From Vicugna vicugna (Eukaryota): a stretch of DNA of 64,000 nt. Where the stretch lies: contig MU059537.1 of the NCBI GenBank assembly GCA_013265495.1, forward strand, positions 1,488,001-1,552,000, given 5' to 3'. This document shows positions 35,971-47,566 of this stretch, piece by piece (position 1 is the first letter of the stretch; each line of letters starts with the position of its first letter). The notes below the pieces were generated by a model. It was not told the origin of the DNA and did not search any database. It saw only the letters and a list, made by a program, of their open reading frames with translations. The translations under genes were made by a program, and so were the position numbers.

Positions 35971-36679
35971 GGGCATATGCTGCTTCTGAGCAGAGTTTGG
36001 AAGGGTCATTGTGGGGTGAGGTGTCCTGGACAGGGCTACATCTTCGGCCAAGGTCCAGGTGCAGACCGACCAGAGCCTGGCTGCTGTAAGACACGGGCCC
36101 CGATGGCAGCCCCTGACGTTTGTGGTCAAAGTGTGACCCAGCCTCTCCTGGTTGACCTTCTTTCCCAGGGTAGTTACATTCCTCACATTTAGCTGGCTGT
36201 CAGGTGGAGACTATGTGCAGTTCCTTGCCACAGAGAGGTCTCACCAGATGACTGCCTGTGTCCCACAGGCAGCCTGGGAGAGGGGGAGAGAGGAGAGGAC
36301 TCCCGCAAGACAGGAGCCACAGCCTCGTGTGATGTAACCACACACGTCCCGTCACCTCTGCTGTGTTCTCTCGGCTGAAGCGAGTCAGGGAAGTGGGTCA
36401 CACGGGAGCGTGAGCACCAGAAAGGGAGTCGTGGGAGCCCCCTTAAGAGCCTGTGGGCCGTACAGACAGAGGCCATGTCTTACGTGTCGCCTTAGCCCCT
36501 CCTGGAAGGAGCACCGTGCTCCCCAGAGGAGGTCTAAGCACATACTGGCGAGAGTTAAGCCATTGGTTTTCCATCAGAGAACTTACAGTTGAGTCTCCAG
36601 GAGGCTAGGCACATGCTGTTGTCTCTGGCGATAACTCCACAATGTGCCTGTAGATATAACATGGGGAGAAGGCCGGCTC

Positions 36680-37190
36680 ATCTCTCTGTAATCCATCCTG
36701 CCACCTCTGCAGCTTCCCCAGGGCCTCTGGAATGAAACCCAAGCTCCTTGGGTAGCCAAGTCCTCCGTGACCTTTCCCGTTCTTTCTTCTGCAGCCCTGT
36801 CTCTCGACACCATCCCTCGTGTGTCTCAAGGTCGCCCAGCACCAGGGCCCTGTGATGCCCTCCTCACTGTCCTGACTCAGGCCTCTCTTTCCACTAGCCA
36901 CGTGTGGCCTGTTGAATTCCTGCTCCTCCGAGACGCCGTGCAAAGCTTCCTCCCAGGTGGAGGCCTCCCTGACGTCGTTAGGAACAGCCCCCTCTCTTGG
37001 CTTTACTGTGTCGTGCCGTGTAGACCACCTCCACTCCCTTACAGGGTTCCATATGTTGTGTAGTAATTTGATTTTGTTCCTTAATTTTAAAAAAAAGTTC
37101 CCCATTGCATTCTCAGGACCTTGGACAGTGTTAGCACGTGCTCCATAGTTTTGATTGGACTGATGAAAAGGATGAATGAGTGAATGGTGG
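36680..37190 (+). mobile_element. L2 3' region
   Basis: ggaatgaaacccaagctccttggg..agtcctccgtgacct, ggacagtgttagcacgtgctccatag, tail gatgaatgagtgaatgg. Confidence 0.75.
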
Positions 37191-38629
37191 AGGAGAAGTA
37201 TCGCCATGAAGCTGGGCGGAGCTGAAAATCTTCACAGCAAAATCTGTTTAAAATTCCTGTCTGGGAGAGGCATGCTGTATTGTATTAATTAACTCAGAAG
37301 CTTGCAAATCAGGGAAATGCTAACGATCTCTCTTTCCAGTTACTGAAGAGACGAGCTGGCAGAGTGCTGGCTTCATTCATCACTTCAGCTCAGGTCTGGC
37401 CGTGCTCATCCTTCTGGTAAAGAAGGAAGAGAAAGTACACCGTATTTTGAGTTGGAGGGAGTTTCCTCTGGAGTCCAAATCTGCCTTGATTTCTGTTTTG
37501 TGGGCACATGCCAATATTATCCAGTCCAGGGCTGGGCCGGGCTGCCTCCTCTGGTGGAATCTGCCATGGCACCTAGACCAGGGCTGCACATCCACGTACT
37601 CACACCTTTGGGTTTCCCTGAGAAACAAGTCCACGTTGATCTTTGCCCACTTTCTGAACGTTTACTGAGCCCTTGTTACATGAAACTAGGCATCCGGGCA
37701 TCTAAGCCTGGAAGTCAAGGAATTTGCCGAGGTGGATGTTGGGAGAAGTGCAGTTAGAGCTGGTGGGCGGGGCGGGTACTTCAGTCCTGTGGGAGCCCAG
37801 CGAGAGGAAGGGGCGTTCCTTTCTGGTTTAAACAAACTTGAAAGTTTGTGACATGTGGGAGGCCTCATGGCAGGAGGTGGAAGGGTTTGGAGTCAATAGG
37901 CCTGGCTAAATTCCCTGCTTTATTTCTCTGCTGAGCTTCCCTGGAGAGGTTAACCTCCAGGATGGGAATATTCACGTCCACCATGATGTGTGCATGTGAT
38001 GATCAAATGATACAACAGTATATAAAAATACCTTAAAGGATGACTTTCGTTTAAATCATTTTGTTGAAGCTAGATCCTAGAGGTTGGGTGGGAGCTGTAC
38101 ACAAAGCAGCAAGGATGTGCCGGGGGTGTGTTGGGGCTGTGCCTGGCTGTGTCTTGCTGGGCTGGGGGCATGTCTGGTGGGAGTGTCTGGTGGGAGTGTC
38201 TGGGCGGGGCTGGGGCGGGAGGGAGAATGCTCAGCCTGGTGTAGGCTGTGTGGTGGGACCCAGGGTGGAGACGGTTTGAGAGGAGCCGTTCAGGGGTGAT
38301 ACTGAAAGGATTCCTGTTCTGCTTTATCATGTATTGCATTTTTGTTTAGCCAGTTCATCATCCTGATCAGTTTTCTTAGGCTGTGGATAAAATTAGCCTT
38401 GGTTTCCTGAACTCATTCCAAGTGACAGCCCTCCTGCCATGTGCTTGCTGGCTGCAGGCTGACAGTGCTGGCATCACTGGGCCGGCCTCCTTTCTGCCAC
38501 AGGCCGCAACTGTGTGCTCTGGATCCCTGCCCTCACCTGTATCTTAAAACACAGCTCTCCCCTCTGGGTCTCCCGGAGACCCTTAAACTTCAGATGGCTT
38601 TGGTGTGACTACACCTGGAAGGGGCCTGG

Positions 38630-39110
38630 CTACATTAGGACTCTTGATTGTAGTTAGCAAAATCGCTTCAAGCTGTCATAAGCAAAAGAGGGAATGCACT
38701 GGGGGAGAGGCTTGGGTGTCTCCTGGAATCCGAGGGCGCACTGTGGAGTCAGGCTGCAGGTGGGGCCTGGGCTGGACGGCTCTGCAACCGGCCTGCCCGG
38801 CTCTCGGCTCCAGCTGCCCCCGGCTCTGTCTCACTCTCTCAGTGGTTTCTTGTCCCTCCTTGGTCTTCCTCTGCTCACCAGTTCGTCTGCTTCTCTGAAC
38901 CCATGGGTCCCAACAGTAGTGATCTCACACCACTTCTGGTGAAACCAGCAGCCCTGGCTAACTGGATCCTCTCAGCCCCAACTCTGTCTTTCCCGGAGGA
39001 GGAGTTGTCCCGGCCCAGCTTCTGTTAATGTGTCCTCCCTGGTCCTGCCCCCTGGGGCCAGTAGGGCCTGCGCCCGTTAGTGACAGACATGGCTGCTGGT
39101 GGCCCTGCCC
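38630..39110 (-). mobile_element. MaLR LTR, old MLT1 (J/K/L-like)
   Basis: attaggactcttgattgtagttagcaaaatcgcttcaagctgtcataagcaaaagagggaatgcactgg is the reverse complement of the MLT1 3' end. Confidence 0.7.
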
Positions 39111-40004
39111 ATGCACAAGAGGACAGACGCTCAGGAAGGAGGTGACTGTGGGCTGGGCAGAACCTTCAGACACGATCACTGCAGGTCCTGGGGGTGTTTA
39201 AATCCTTTGCCTGCCAAGCGGGGATCCCAGGACCCCTTCAGAGGCCGTAACAGTTGCAGTGAAGGATAGTCATTCATACAACGTTTATTAATCTCCCTCA
39301 GTGGCCGGTGCTGGCTGTGTTTGGAGGGTAAAGTGTGTCTGTTTCTTTGGTCACTCTCCAGAAGTCTGGTAGAACTCTGACTTTACCTGTCCTGAAGCTT
39401 TGTTTTGGCTGGACTTCGGTGCACATAGTGTCCAGCGCCCACTCCTGGCCAGCCCAGTGCTCTGTGGGCGCTCTGGCGGTCAGAGCCCTGCCCCCGGGAG
39501 GGCAGGCGCCGCCGTGCGCTGTACAGGGCTTCTCCTCAAGCACATCCTGGTTCCTGATTTGTAAAATGTGATTCATAAAACCATCTCATGGAATTTCTGT
39601 GAGAAAATAGGTTATTATGAACTCTGTAAGCTCTGAAATGATTATGCAGATGTGATTGCAAATTACTAGTGATTTCAGGTAAATAATTTAGTTCAGTCAC
39701 CGGAGAGATGAATTACCTGTTGGTCTTTGTAGGTCCTACGCTTTGGAGGATCTATTTGTCACTTTCTAGACCATGTGCATTTGCTGTTGTCTCCCATAAC
39801 ACAAATACAGTGCTGAGTTGGAATCTGGTTTCCGAGTTCCTCCTAAGAGTGGAAGTATCAAGCTTACCTTCGCCACTCACTGGGTTCCATATGTTGGAGG
39901 CTGTTTCTTTCCCTGTGGGTTCAGATTTTTCACTGCTTGGCCTTCTGTGGAGCTGCCCTCACGTACCGGCCCCGCGCCCAGCGCTGTGTGAGCAGCTCAT
40001 GGTA

Positions 40005-40105
40005 ATTTACACGGCTTTCCCTTGCAGGTGAAGAAACTGAGTCTGAGTGAGGAATGATGACCTGTGTAAGTCACGTTAGTAAGGCTCTCGGACTTCAAAG
40101 CACCC
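40005..40105 (-). mobile_element. MIR SINE fragment
   Basis: ttgcaggtgaagaaactgagtctgagtgaggaatgatgacctgtgtaagtcac. Confidence 0.8.
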
Positions 40106-41329
40106 CCCTCCCCACAGGACCACACTGCCGCACATTGTAGAACAAGGGCGCGCTAACAGCTGCAGGCAGGACGGCGTCGCCCACTGCTGTTCCCATGGAC
40201 CCTGGCAGCATCTGAGTGACGTGGGAGAGCCTGAGCCCCACCCACTCAGCCCGCCTTGGGCCTCCGGCCCATCTCCAGGGCACCCCACTGGGAGCCCTGG
40301 CTCTCCTCCCCACTGCCCGTGCCCCCCCACATTTTATACACTGGCAGACTGGGTCCGCGTCAGCCAGCCCTTCCCTGAGAGCCACCACGCTTGTCAGCTG
40401 CCTTCAAAAGGCAAAAGTCTTGGATCGGAGCAGGGCCTGGGGTGACTTACACTTGCAGTCACAGCAAGCACTTACTGTCTGTAAAAAACAATAGCGTCAT
40501 GAATCAGTTTTAGTGCCTGAGCGGGACAAGCGGCTTAGTGTAACGGCTCCCTAAAATCTGTAAGCTACAGGCACCAGCACCCATAAAGCACAGACAGCGC
40601 CAGCCCGTGACTCCTTGTCTCCTCCCCCAGGGCCCGTGCGGCTCTTACCTGCTCTCGAAGGGAGGACCGAGAGTGACAGGTTGGCTGCCTCCCTGGATTC
40701 TCCTGAAATGTTCACAGGGGAGAACATGTCACGTGTAGATTAACCTGCCTCTGTGGGTGACTGTCGCTTTTAGGTGTGAATTTCCTGCCTCTGGAAGTTG
40801 TCCAGTTTCTTCCAACAGGTGCAGAATAAACCCTCTCCTCTTCGCGTCATGGCCAGGTTTCCATAATGCAGATAAGGTCCTACCTCCCCCTGCTCGAAAT
40901 CCTTTCATTATTCTTTCGGGGTAACCCCCACCCCAGCCTGGCGGGCAGATGTTCCGCCCCGCCTCTTCCCCCACCCTTTACCACCGTCCAGAATGGCAGG
41001 TGGTCCCCTAGCTCACTGTGCCTTGTCCCCCCTTCATTGGGCACCTGTGCTTCTCTCCTTGGAGCCACCTTCCCCCGCCTTGTGTGTCCTGGGGGCTCCT
41101 TCAGGTTCTCCCTTCTCCATGGTCTTACCTTCCCCCCAGCAGTGTTCATAATCTTGTTTCACCAGCACCCGCCCTGCGCCCGCGGGCTTGTAGATGTGTC
41201 CGCTCACGACCTCACCCAGCCCCCCGGTCCTTCAGAGGGTGCTCTCTGCAGGGCAACTGGGGGTGCGGGCGAGGGAGCAGCGTGCCCCGGGTGCTGCAGC
41301 CCGGAGACGTGGGCCTGGTGCTTAAGCCC

Positions 41330-41605
41330 AAGTCTGGGCTTCCGGAGCTCGTGCTGTCCTCTTTCTTCAGGTTGTTTCTCTCCGATGATTAATCAGTCCC
41401 TTATCTGTGCACCGCTGCACTTTTTATTGCTACAATTAGCACACCGTGTTGTAATTCGTCACTTGCACATCTGTGCTCTGGGCTAGGCGGAGCTGCCTGC
41501 CATCAGGAGCCAGCCTTTTCATTCTTCTCTCTCACTCCACGCCTAGAGCGAGTCTAGCTCTCAGGACGTGGTGGAAAGACTGTTGGCTGAATGCAATTGA
41601 ATGGA
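41330..41605 (+). mobile_element. L2 3' end
   Basis: attagcacaccgtgttgtaattcgtcacttgcacatctgt..ccagccttttcattcttctctc..gttggctgaatgcaattgaatgg. Confidence 0.75.
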
Positions 41606-44059
41606 CCGCTGCACTGTCATTGTGTCTGTGTTGTGTACATATATACGTACAGTCACCTTGCCAGGAAAAAAGCTTGTTTTTGGATCAACAATCTCCTTCC
41701 CTCTTCTTGCCCCTTGACTTACTCTACTTCCCTTCTGTTCCAGAAGCTTTCTCCGTATCCACTCAGTCTTTGTGGGAACTGTTGGGGGACGCGTTTCTCC
41801 AGGCCCCTCCTGTGTGCTTTCCTGTCCTGTGCCTCTTATTTGCTCCCCTAATCATGGCACTTCACCACTTTCTTTCTCCTTCGTCTTAAGTCTTGAATGT
41901 AGGGACCCAGTGCAGAAACGCCGTCATGAGCTGGTCGCAGGGGTGATGGATGGTCCCGTTGTGACTGCATCCTATGCTGGGACTAGGATCTTACCATGAA
42001 GTGCCAAGGATGACTACCGTACTGCCATCTTTTTGATCAAGCTGAACTCAGATTTTTGTCAGCGAGAACAGTTGAATCGATGGCACTGTGGCGGCAGACT
42101 TCTGCTTTGGGCTGCGTGGCCCTCACGTGTCCCGTGTCTTTCCCAGTGTCAACTGGGAATATCTTCTTTTCGGAAAGAGGTGTTTTTGTTTTTTAAAAAT
42201 CTCTTTCTTCCTTACTCACCCAGTGCTGGGGACAATTGTGGACACCCAGTGCTGCCCGTCTTGCTGGGTGCAGGGCCTGGGGCAGCATGGGGGTCTCCAC
42301 ACACGCCTGGCCCGGCATACCTGTCCAGCGCGCTGCCGCTCGCCTCTTTCTTCCTCAGATGGAGCTCCTTCAGGCAGGGACCACGTCCCGTGTGTCGTGT
42401 CTCTGTGGTTCCCAGCTCAGTGCCGGCCGCAGTGTGACCTTTCCTGTCCTGTCCTCTGCTCCCTGGTGACACGGGGCTCACTGCCACCCCTGCGGCAGTC
42501 TCATAGATAATACTAACGCGGTGCTCAGTCTGTACTGCCGGGAGAAATGACTAGTAAATAATAAATAAGTGGATGAAAAATTATGTGCAAGGAAATGCTT
42601 TATTTATGAGATCTCAACAGAAGAGGAGTGTAAGAAACCGAGGCTGTGTCTCGGCTGCAGCACGACGTGGTGGGAAGGAGGGGGCCTTGGAGTCAGACCC
42701 TGGCTGTGAGCCGGGGGCTCCAGGTGGGATGTCCGCCTGCACATGAGAGCTGGAGAGCAGGGGTGACGGCGGTTCCGTGGGAAGATGGGGCGGCTCAGGG
42801 CTGCTGAGAGGGCCGAGGACAGTGCCTCTGGGAGGGTGTTGCCACCATCCAGAATTCTCCATTCCCTCTCCGCAAGCCTTCGAGGCCGAACGAGCCGGAG
42901 CTTCCTGTGCACACGGCTGTTCTCCTGTGACCTCCCTCTTTATAAAACAGGCGACCTTGATGATGAAGAGGCCCACCTACCTGCAGACCTGCCTTCCTGG
43001 AGAAAGCTGTGACGTCTCATGATCACCGCCGGGGCCTCATGCCCTCTGCCTCCCGCAGGAGGCCCCTCATGAAAGTGTCCCCTTGATGGAGTGTCCTGCC
43101 TGCACGGGAATGGAGTGCCCTGTTTCAGAGCCACTTAAAGTCACGCATACTTTAGGGTGCTCTGTCTGTCCCGCGGATCGCTGGCAGGACAGGCCACCTC
43201 GCCTTTGCTCTCACTAGGGCAGTGCAAGCGCTGTTGTCAGCCCCCTGCCTTCTGCTTCTGTTTCACCGCAGTCCTGAAGGAAGTTTCCACCTTGTCCTTG
43301 TCCATATGTTCGGGGCTCTTGAGAGAATCCTCTTCGCCCTAGGGGACCGTGACTGTGGCGATTAGGCGTGTCTGCAGGCTGGTGGCTCTGTGTGCTTTGT
43401 TCTTCTCCACTGAGGGCCTGGGAAGGAGGCGGCCTATCCTCTGTCCCCTCCAGGTCCCCGAGGCCGCAGCAGGGCAGGAACAGAGCTGGGGCTGGAGAGA
43501 AGAGTCGGGGCGGCCATTTTGAAGGCGGTAATCTCCGGGCTTGCTGACCTCTCTGGGGCTCAGCTCCCCGCTTGTGCAGGGGACAAGGAGGAGGTCCTGC
43601 CGGCTGACTTGCTTGCAGGGCTAGGCCTGACTGTGCCTGGAAAGGACAGGGGCTCAGGGTCCCCACCAGAGGCAGACAGGCACTCAGGGGTGACTGGGGA
43701 GGCTGGAATAAAGAGAGTCTCTGTGCCCATGTGCGTGGGTGGCGGTGCAGCCCTGGTGAGCAACAGCTGGGAGCCTTTAACCCTCCAGGAGGGCTTTGGT
43801 GCAATGAATTTGCCCGAGGCTTCGCTGCCGGGTCTGCGTGTCCTCTGGAGACCTGCTTCAGCTCACGGGGCCAGGAACAGGCAGGCCGCGCCCAGGTGGA
43901 TGTGGGGCTGTGTCTCTCAGCGGTTTTGATGCCATTGCAGGGAGGTCACTGGTTGGCCGGTGAGGAAACACATTGTTGGAGAAGGTGACCATGTGCCCCG
44001 CCTCCCATAGTACTTGTAAGGTGGCTTCTCACCAGGCCCACTACCCACTGTGCACCTGG

Positions 44060-44215
44060 GCTCCAGTCTAGACCGAACCCACCACCTTTTCTTCTACAGC
44101 TCGTAACCCTGTGATGGGAGTAGAACCTCGCTTGGCCCGTGGTCACACCGCTGGCAGGGGGCAGGTCTGGAATTCAAACCCAGATGTGTTAGCTCCATTG
44201 TGCCGTGTGGCTTGT
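44060..44215 (-). mobile_element. MIR SINE fragment
   Basis: cttggcccgtggtcacaccgctggcagggggcaggtctggaattcaaacccagatgtg. Confidence 0.75.
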
Positions 44216-44879
44216 TTGTCTTCAGCATTTTTGGAGTCTCAGCTGCCTTTCCCTAGGACCTGACCCTGTGCTTGACCGGATGATCGCTGTCCGCCATCTG
44301 AGCGAGCGGTAGCCTTGTGTTTAATGCGCTCCGTCTGGAATGACTAGAGTGACCATGCGCCCCAGGTTGTCCCAGGCACGCCGTTTGCCCTGGTGTCCCT
44401 GTGTCCCCTGTCAGAGCAGGCCCAGGACCCTCAGACTGACCGCCCTGTGCTTACCAGTGAGGGCCCTCAGCCCTTGTGACTGTGCTGGCCCTTGGCCAGT
44501 GAGGGACTGTGTTGACCTCGCCTCCTCTTTACTTGTGAGATGTCCCTTTCGGTACATAATTTTTATAAAATTTGAACACGTACCTCGAGGCATTTTGGAA
44601 TCGGAATTGGAAAGGAAAAGTAAAGTATTTGGGGCAGCTGTAAATTACCTGTTTTGGTTTTTGGAAACTCCTTTTATATTGTGCTTTTCCCAGTGACTAC
44701 AAAGGCTTCTTGAAATAAGGAAAAGAAAAAATCCTACCCTCTGGATAGTTGTTTTGAATTTATTCTTGGCTGGAGGACGGTGTGTCAAGGGAACCCGTCC
44801 AAGAACCCCGAATACAGAACAGATGAAGGTAGAGCTACTGTTGGAAGCGACATTGTGGAAGCTGGGGCTTGGGGACATG

Positions 44880-45130
44880 CAACTCCTCAGCTCCGCAGCT
44901 GTTTGTGGAGGGGCTGCTGCGTGCCGGGCTCTGATCTAGGCGCTGGGGACACAGCAGAGAACAAAGGAGACCAAAAATGCGGCCAGGAGGATGACGGCCG
45001 TGCCAGGTGGGGAGAGGCTGGAATCACGGCCGTGGCAGACTTGCTACCTTGATCTCACCCTCTTGCGCGTGCTCTTGGGAAGGTGAGGGGTGGGAGGGGG
45101 CTTGAGGAAGGTCAGGGAGGGGCTGCATTC
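44880..45130 (-). mobile_element. L2 3' end fragment
   Basis: gcgtgccgggctctgatctaggcgctggggacacagcagagaacaaagg. Confidence 0.75.
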
Positions 45131-45624
45131 CAGGTGAGGGGGGCGGAAGTTGTGCAGGCCTCCGAGGGCCCTTCCCTCTTATTTTGCAAAAAATGTTGTG
45201 GAGTCAAACCAGCCTGTATGCTTCGCACCTTCTCTGCGCCAGGTCCTGTGTCCGTCTCCTGAGACGACAGATCAGAGTAGCTCGTTACAACTGAGGGAAC
45301 ACTGGCCATTCACCGTGAGGAGTAACAGAGGACTGTGCCCCCCTGAAACCAAGGGCTCAGGGTCGGGAACGTGCATTTTGGGCCCTAATTCTCGTTTTGC
45401 GAATACCTAAGCCCCGACCCTGATAACTGAAGAATGGGTTTCTCCCCTCTCTGTGACACGGTTTCCCTGTTTGGACATGGAGGGTTGGGCTGGATGGATG
45501 CCTAACCCTCCCCTTTGCTGATTCATCCTCATAGATTTATGAGTCAGAGGTCAAGTTCAGGTTTTACCCAGAGGATATCTTATTTATGCATATAGTACAC
45601 ATATGCATATATGTGCATTTATTG

Positions 45625-45746
45625 GGGGAAGGGTGCAGCTCAGCGGTAGTGTGTGCTTAGCATGCACGAGGTCCTGGGTTTAATCCTGGACCTCAAAAAT
45701 AAACATAAAAAATAAATAAACTTAATTACCCCCTCCAGAACGAAAC
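45625..45746 (+). mobile_element. tRNA-Ala-derived SINE (camelid Vic-1-like)
   Basis: ggggaagggtgcagctcagcggtag (A box), anticodon arm gtgc-ttAGCat-gcac, gaggtcctgggtttaatcc (B box), A-rich body, then cttaattaccccctccagaa; homologous to the 61.6 kb copy. Confidence 0.9.
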
Positions 45747-46379
45747 ATATATATATGCATATGTATATTTCTTTTCTTCTTGTTTTGAGAACTGAGATCC
45801 TCACACTGCCCTTCCTGGCCTAGGCTGGGAAGGATGAAGACCTCAGGAACCCTGAGCCTTACTCATCGCCCCCGTGTGGATCCCGCGCCCCTGCCGCTGC
45901 AGTGCCCGATGGGGCGGTGCCAACCTCCCAAATCCGTGCAGCTTTAGATGAGAGCAGTTGAGCTCGTCCTTCTGAAGCCCGTTACTGGCCGCTGGGCTGT
46001 AAGGGCTTGTTCTTGGGGTGACGTCACGCGCTGGGCATCCCCAACCCTCCCAGGGCTGGGCCAGGAAAGTGGGCTAAGCTTCTGCTTGGCAGGGACCCAG
46101 AGCGACTTCATGCACAGTCTGTGCTGGGGAACGAGAAAGGCCGGAGCTCTGGGCTAGAAGTGCAGGAGGGGCGCTGCCCCGAGGATGGGGGCCGGGGTGG
46201 GGGGTGAGCGCCTCCCCGGGTTCTGCAGGTTCCCGGGTGGCCGAGTTTGTGGGGGTCTGGGAGTGGCCTCCAGGTCACTGGAAGGATGAGCAGGAGGACA
46301 CTGAGAAAGCTGATTCGTCCCCGTGATAAGCACTGCAGTAACGACTGGAGGCATACTTGTCCCCGGCGATGTAACATGT

Positions 46380-46550
46380 GCTGTATACGCACCACCTGGT
46401 TTAGTTCCCTGGTGTCTTGAGGCCAATGTGTTAATCCCATTTAACAGATTAGGAAAAAAAGGCTTAGAGAATTTAAGTCATTTGCCCAAGTTCTCGTAAC
46501 TGCTCAGTGGCAGAACTGAGAACTTAGAGGTTTCTGACTCTAAACCCCTT
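46380..46550 (-). mobile_element. MIR SINE
   Basis: aatcccatttaacagattaggaaaaaaaggcttagagaatttaagtcatttgcccaagttctcgtaactgctcagtggcagaactgag. Confidence 0.9.
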
Positions 46551-46889
46551 ACACTGTATGTTTGCTTACAAAAACGTGAGAAGTGTAGAAACACGTTAAA
46601 AAGCCCCCATTGTTTCCAGCACCCAGAGATGATCACATTTTGAGGTGTCTGTTCTCCAACCCTTTGCTAAAGGGCGGGGAGGGTACCTCTGGGTGGGGTG
46701 CGGTGGGAAGAGGGGCTGGCTCATGGCACTGGGGAGTCTCCCGCCTCCTGGAGAGCGCGGTTCTCACCAGTAGGAGGGGTGGAGACACTGCAGCACTCAG
46801 TACTGAGGAGGAGGTGACAGAAAAGACTTATTGGGGCACCTGACACAGTTTGGTGCTCAATGACTGGTGCTTCCACTATTTTGGTAAAA

Positions 46890-47220
46890 AAGGTGTTTGG
46901 TGAGTGCTTGTGGGTTTGCTGAGTGGAGCCGGAGGCAGAAGAGGGGAGGCTCTCTAGACAGAGGAGAGGGCCAAGGCCGGGCAGACGTGCCGTGGGGAGG
47001 CTGGGGCAGGGCTCTGGGGCTGACTGGCAGGGTAGCTCGTGAGGCTGGCCGGAGGCGGGTCTGTGTGGGTGGGTAGGATGGCCCAGACCTCACAGGCCTT
47101 GAAAGCCGCGCTGAGGGGGTCAGCCTCTGTCCCGAGGCCCTGGGGGGTGCCACTGATAGCTGAGAAGAGACTGCTGGGTTGAGCAGCCCTGGGCTGAGAA
47201 CGGTTTTGAGAACAGTTTTT
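46890..47220 (-). mobile_element. L2 fragment
   Basis: ggcccagacctcacaggccttgaaagccgcgctgagggggtcagcctctgtcccgaggccctggggggtgccactg. Confidence 0.65.
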
Positions 47221-47455
47221 AATTCTGTTATTTTTGTAACTTTACTGCAGCAGTGGGCAGGACAGCAGATCAGAACCCTTTGAAGCTGACTTCAGAGGCC
47301 CCTCGCGCCCCTGCTGCACGGCTGACTTTCTAATGTCTTTCATCTCTGCTCTGATCCAGATCATGGAACTTAATTATCTCCCCAAATATTAACTCTCCCC
47401 ATGACTTTATAACGAGATTTTCCCATCACCTTCCGAAGAGAACCTGCTGGTTCCT

Positions 47456-47566
47456 GCGGGAAACACCCTTTGTAGTGTTTTGGCGCCGAAAAGTAGAGGC
47501 AGCAGAGGCGCTTCCCAGATGCGAGGGGTGCTGAAGGGGCGTCCTTTGAGCAACGTTGGCGGGAAA
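47456..47566. promoter_or_regulatory. Cluster of three E2F-type motifs in a CpG-rich unique segment
   Basis: GCGGGAAA 47456-47463; TTTTGGCGCCGAAAA 47478-47492; TTGGCGGGAAA 47556-47566. Motif match only, function untested. Confidence 0.45.

Noticed and set aside
45625-45700. Apparent tRNA-Ala(AGC) gene
   Set aside because: B box is mutated, the acceptor stem is broken, and it continues into a SINE body shared with the 61.6 kb copy.
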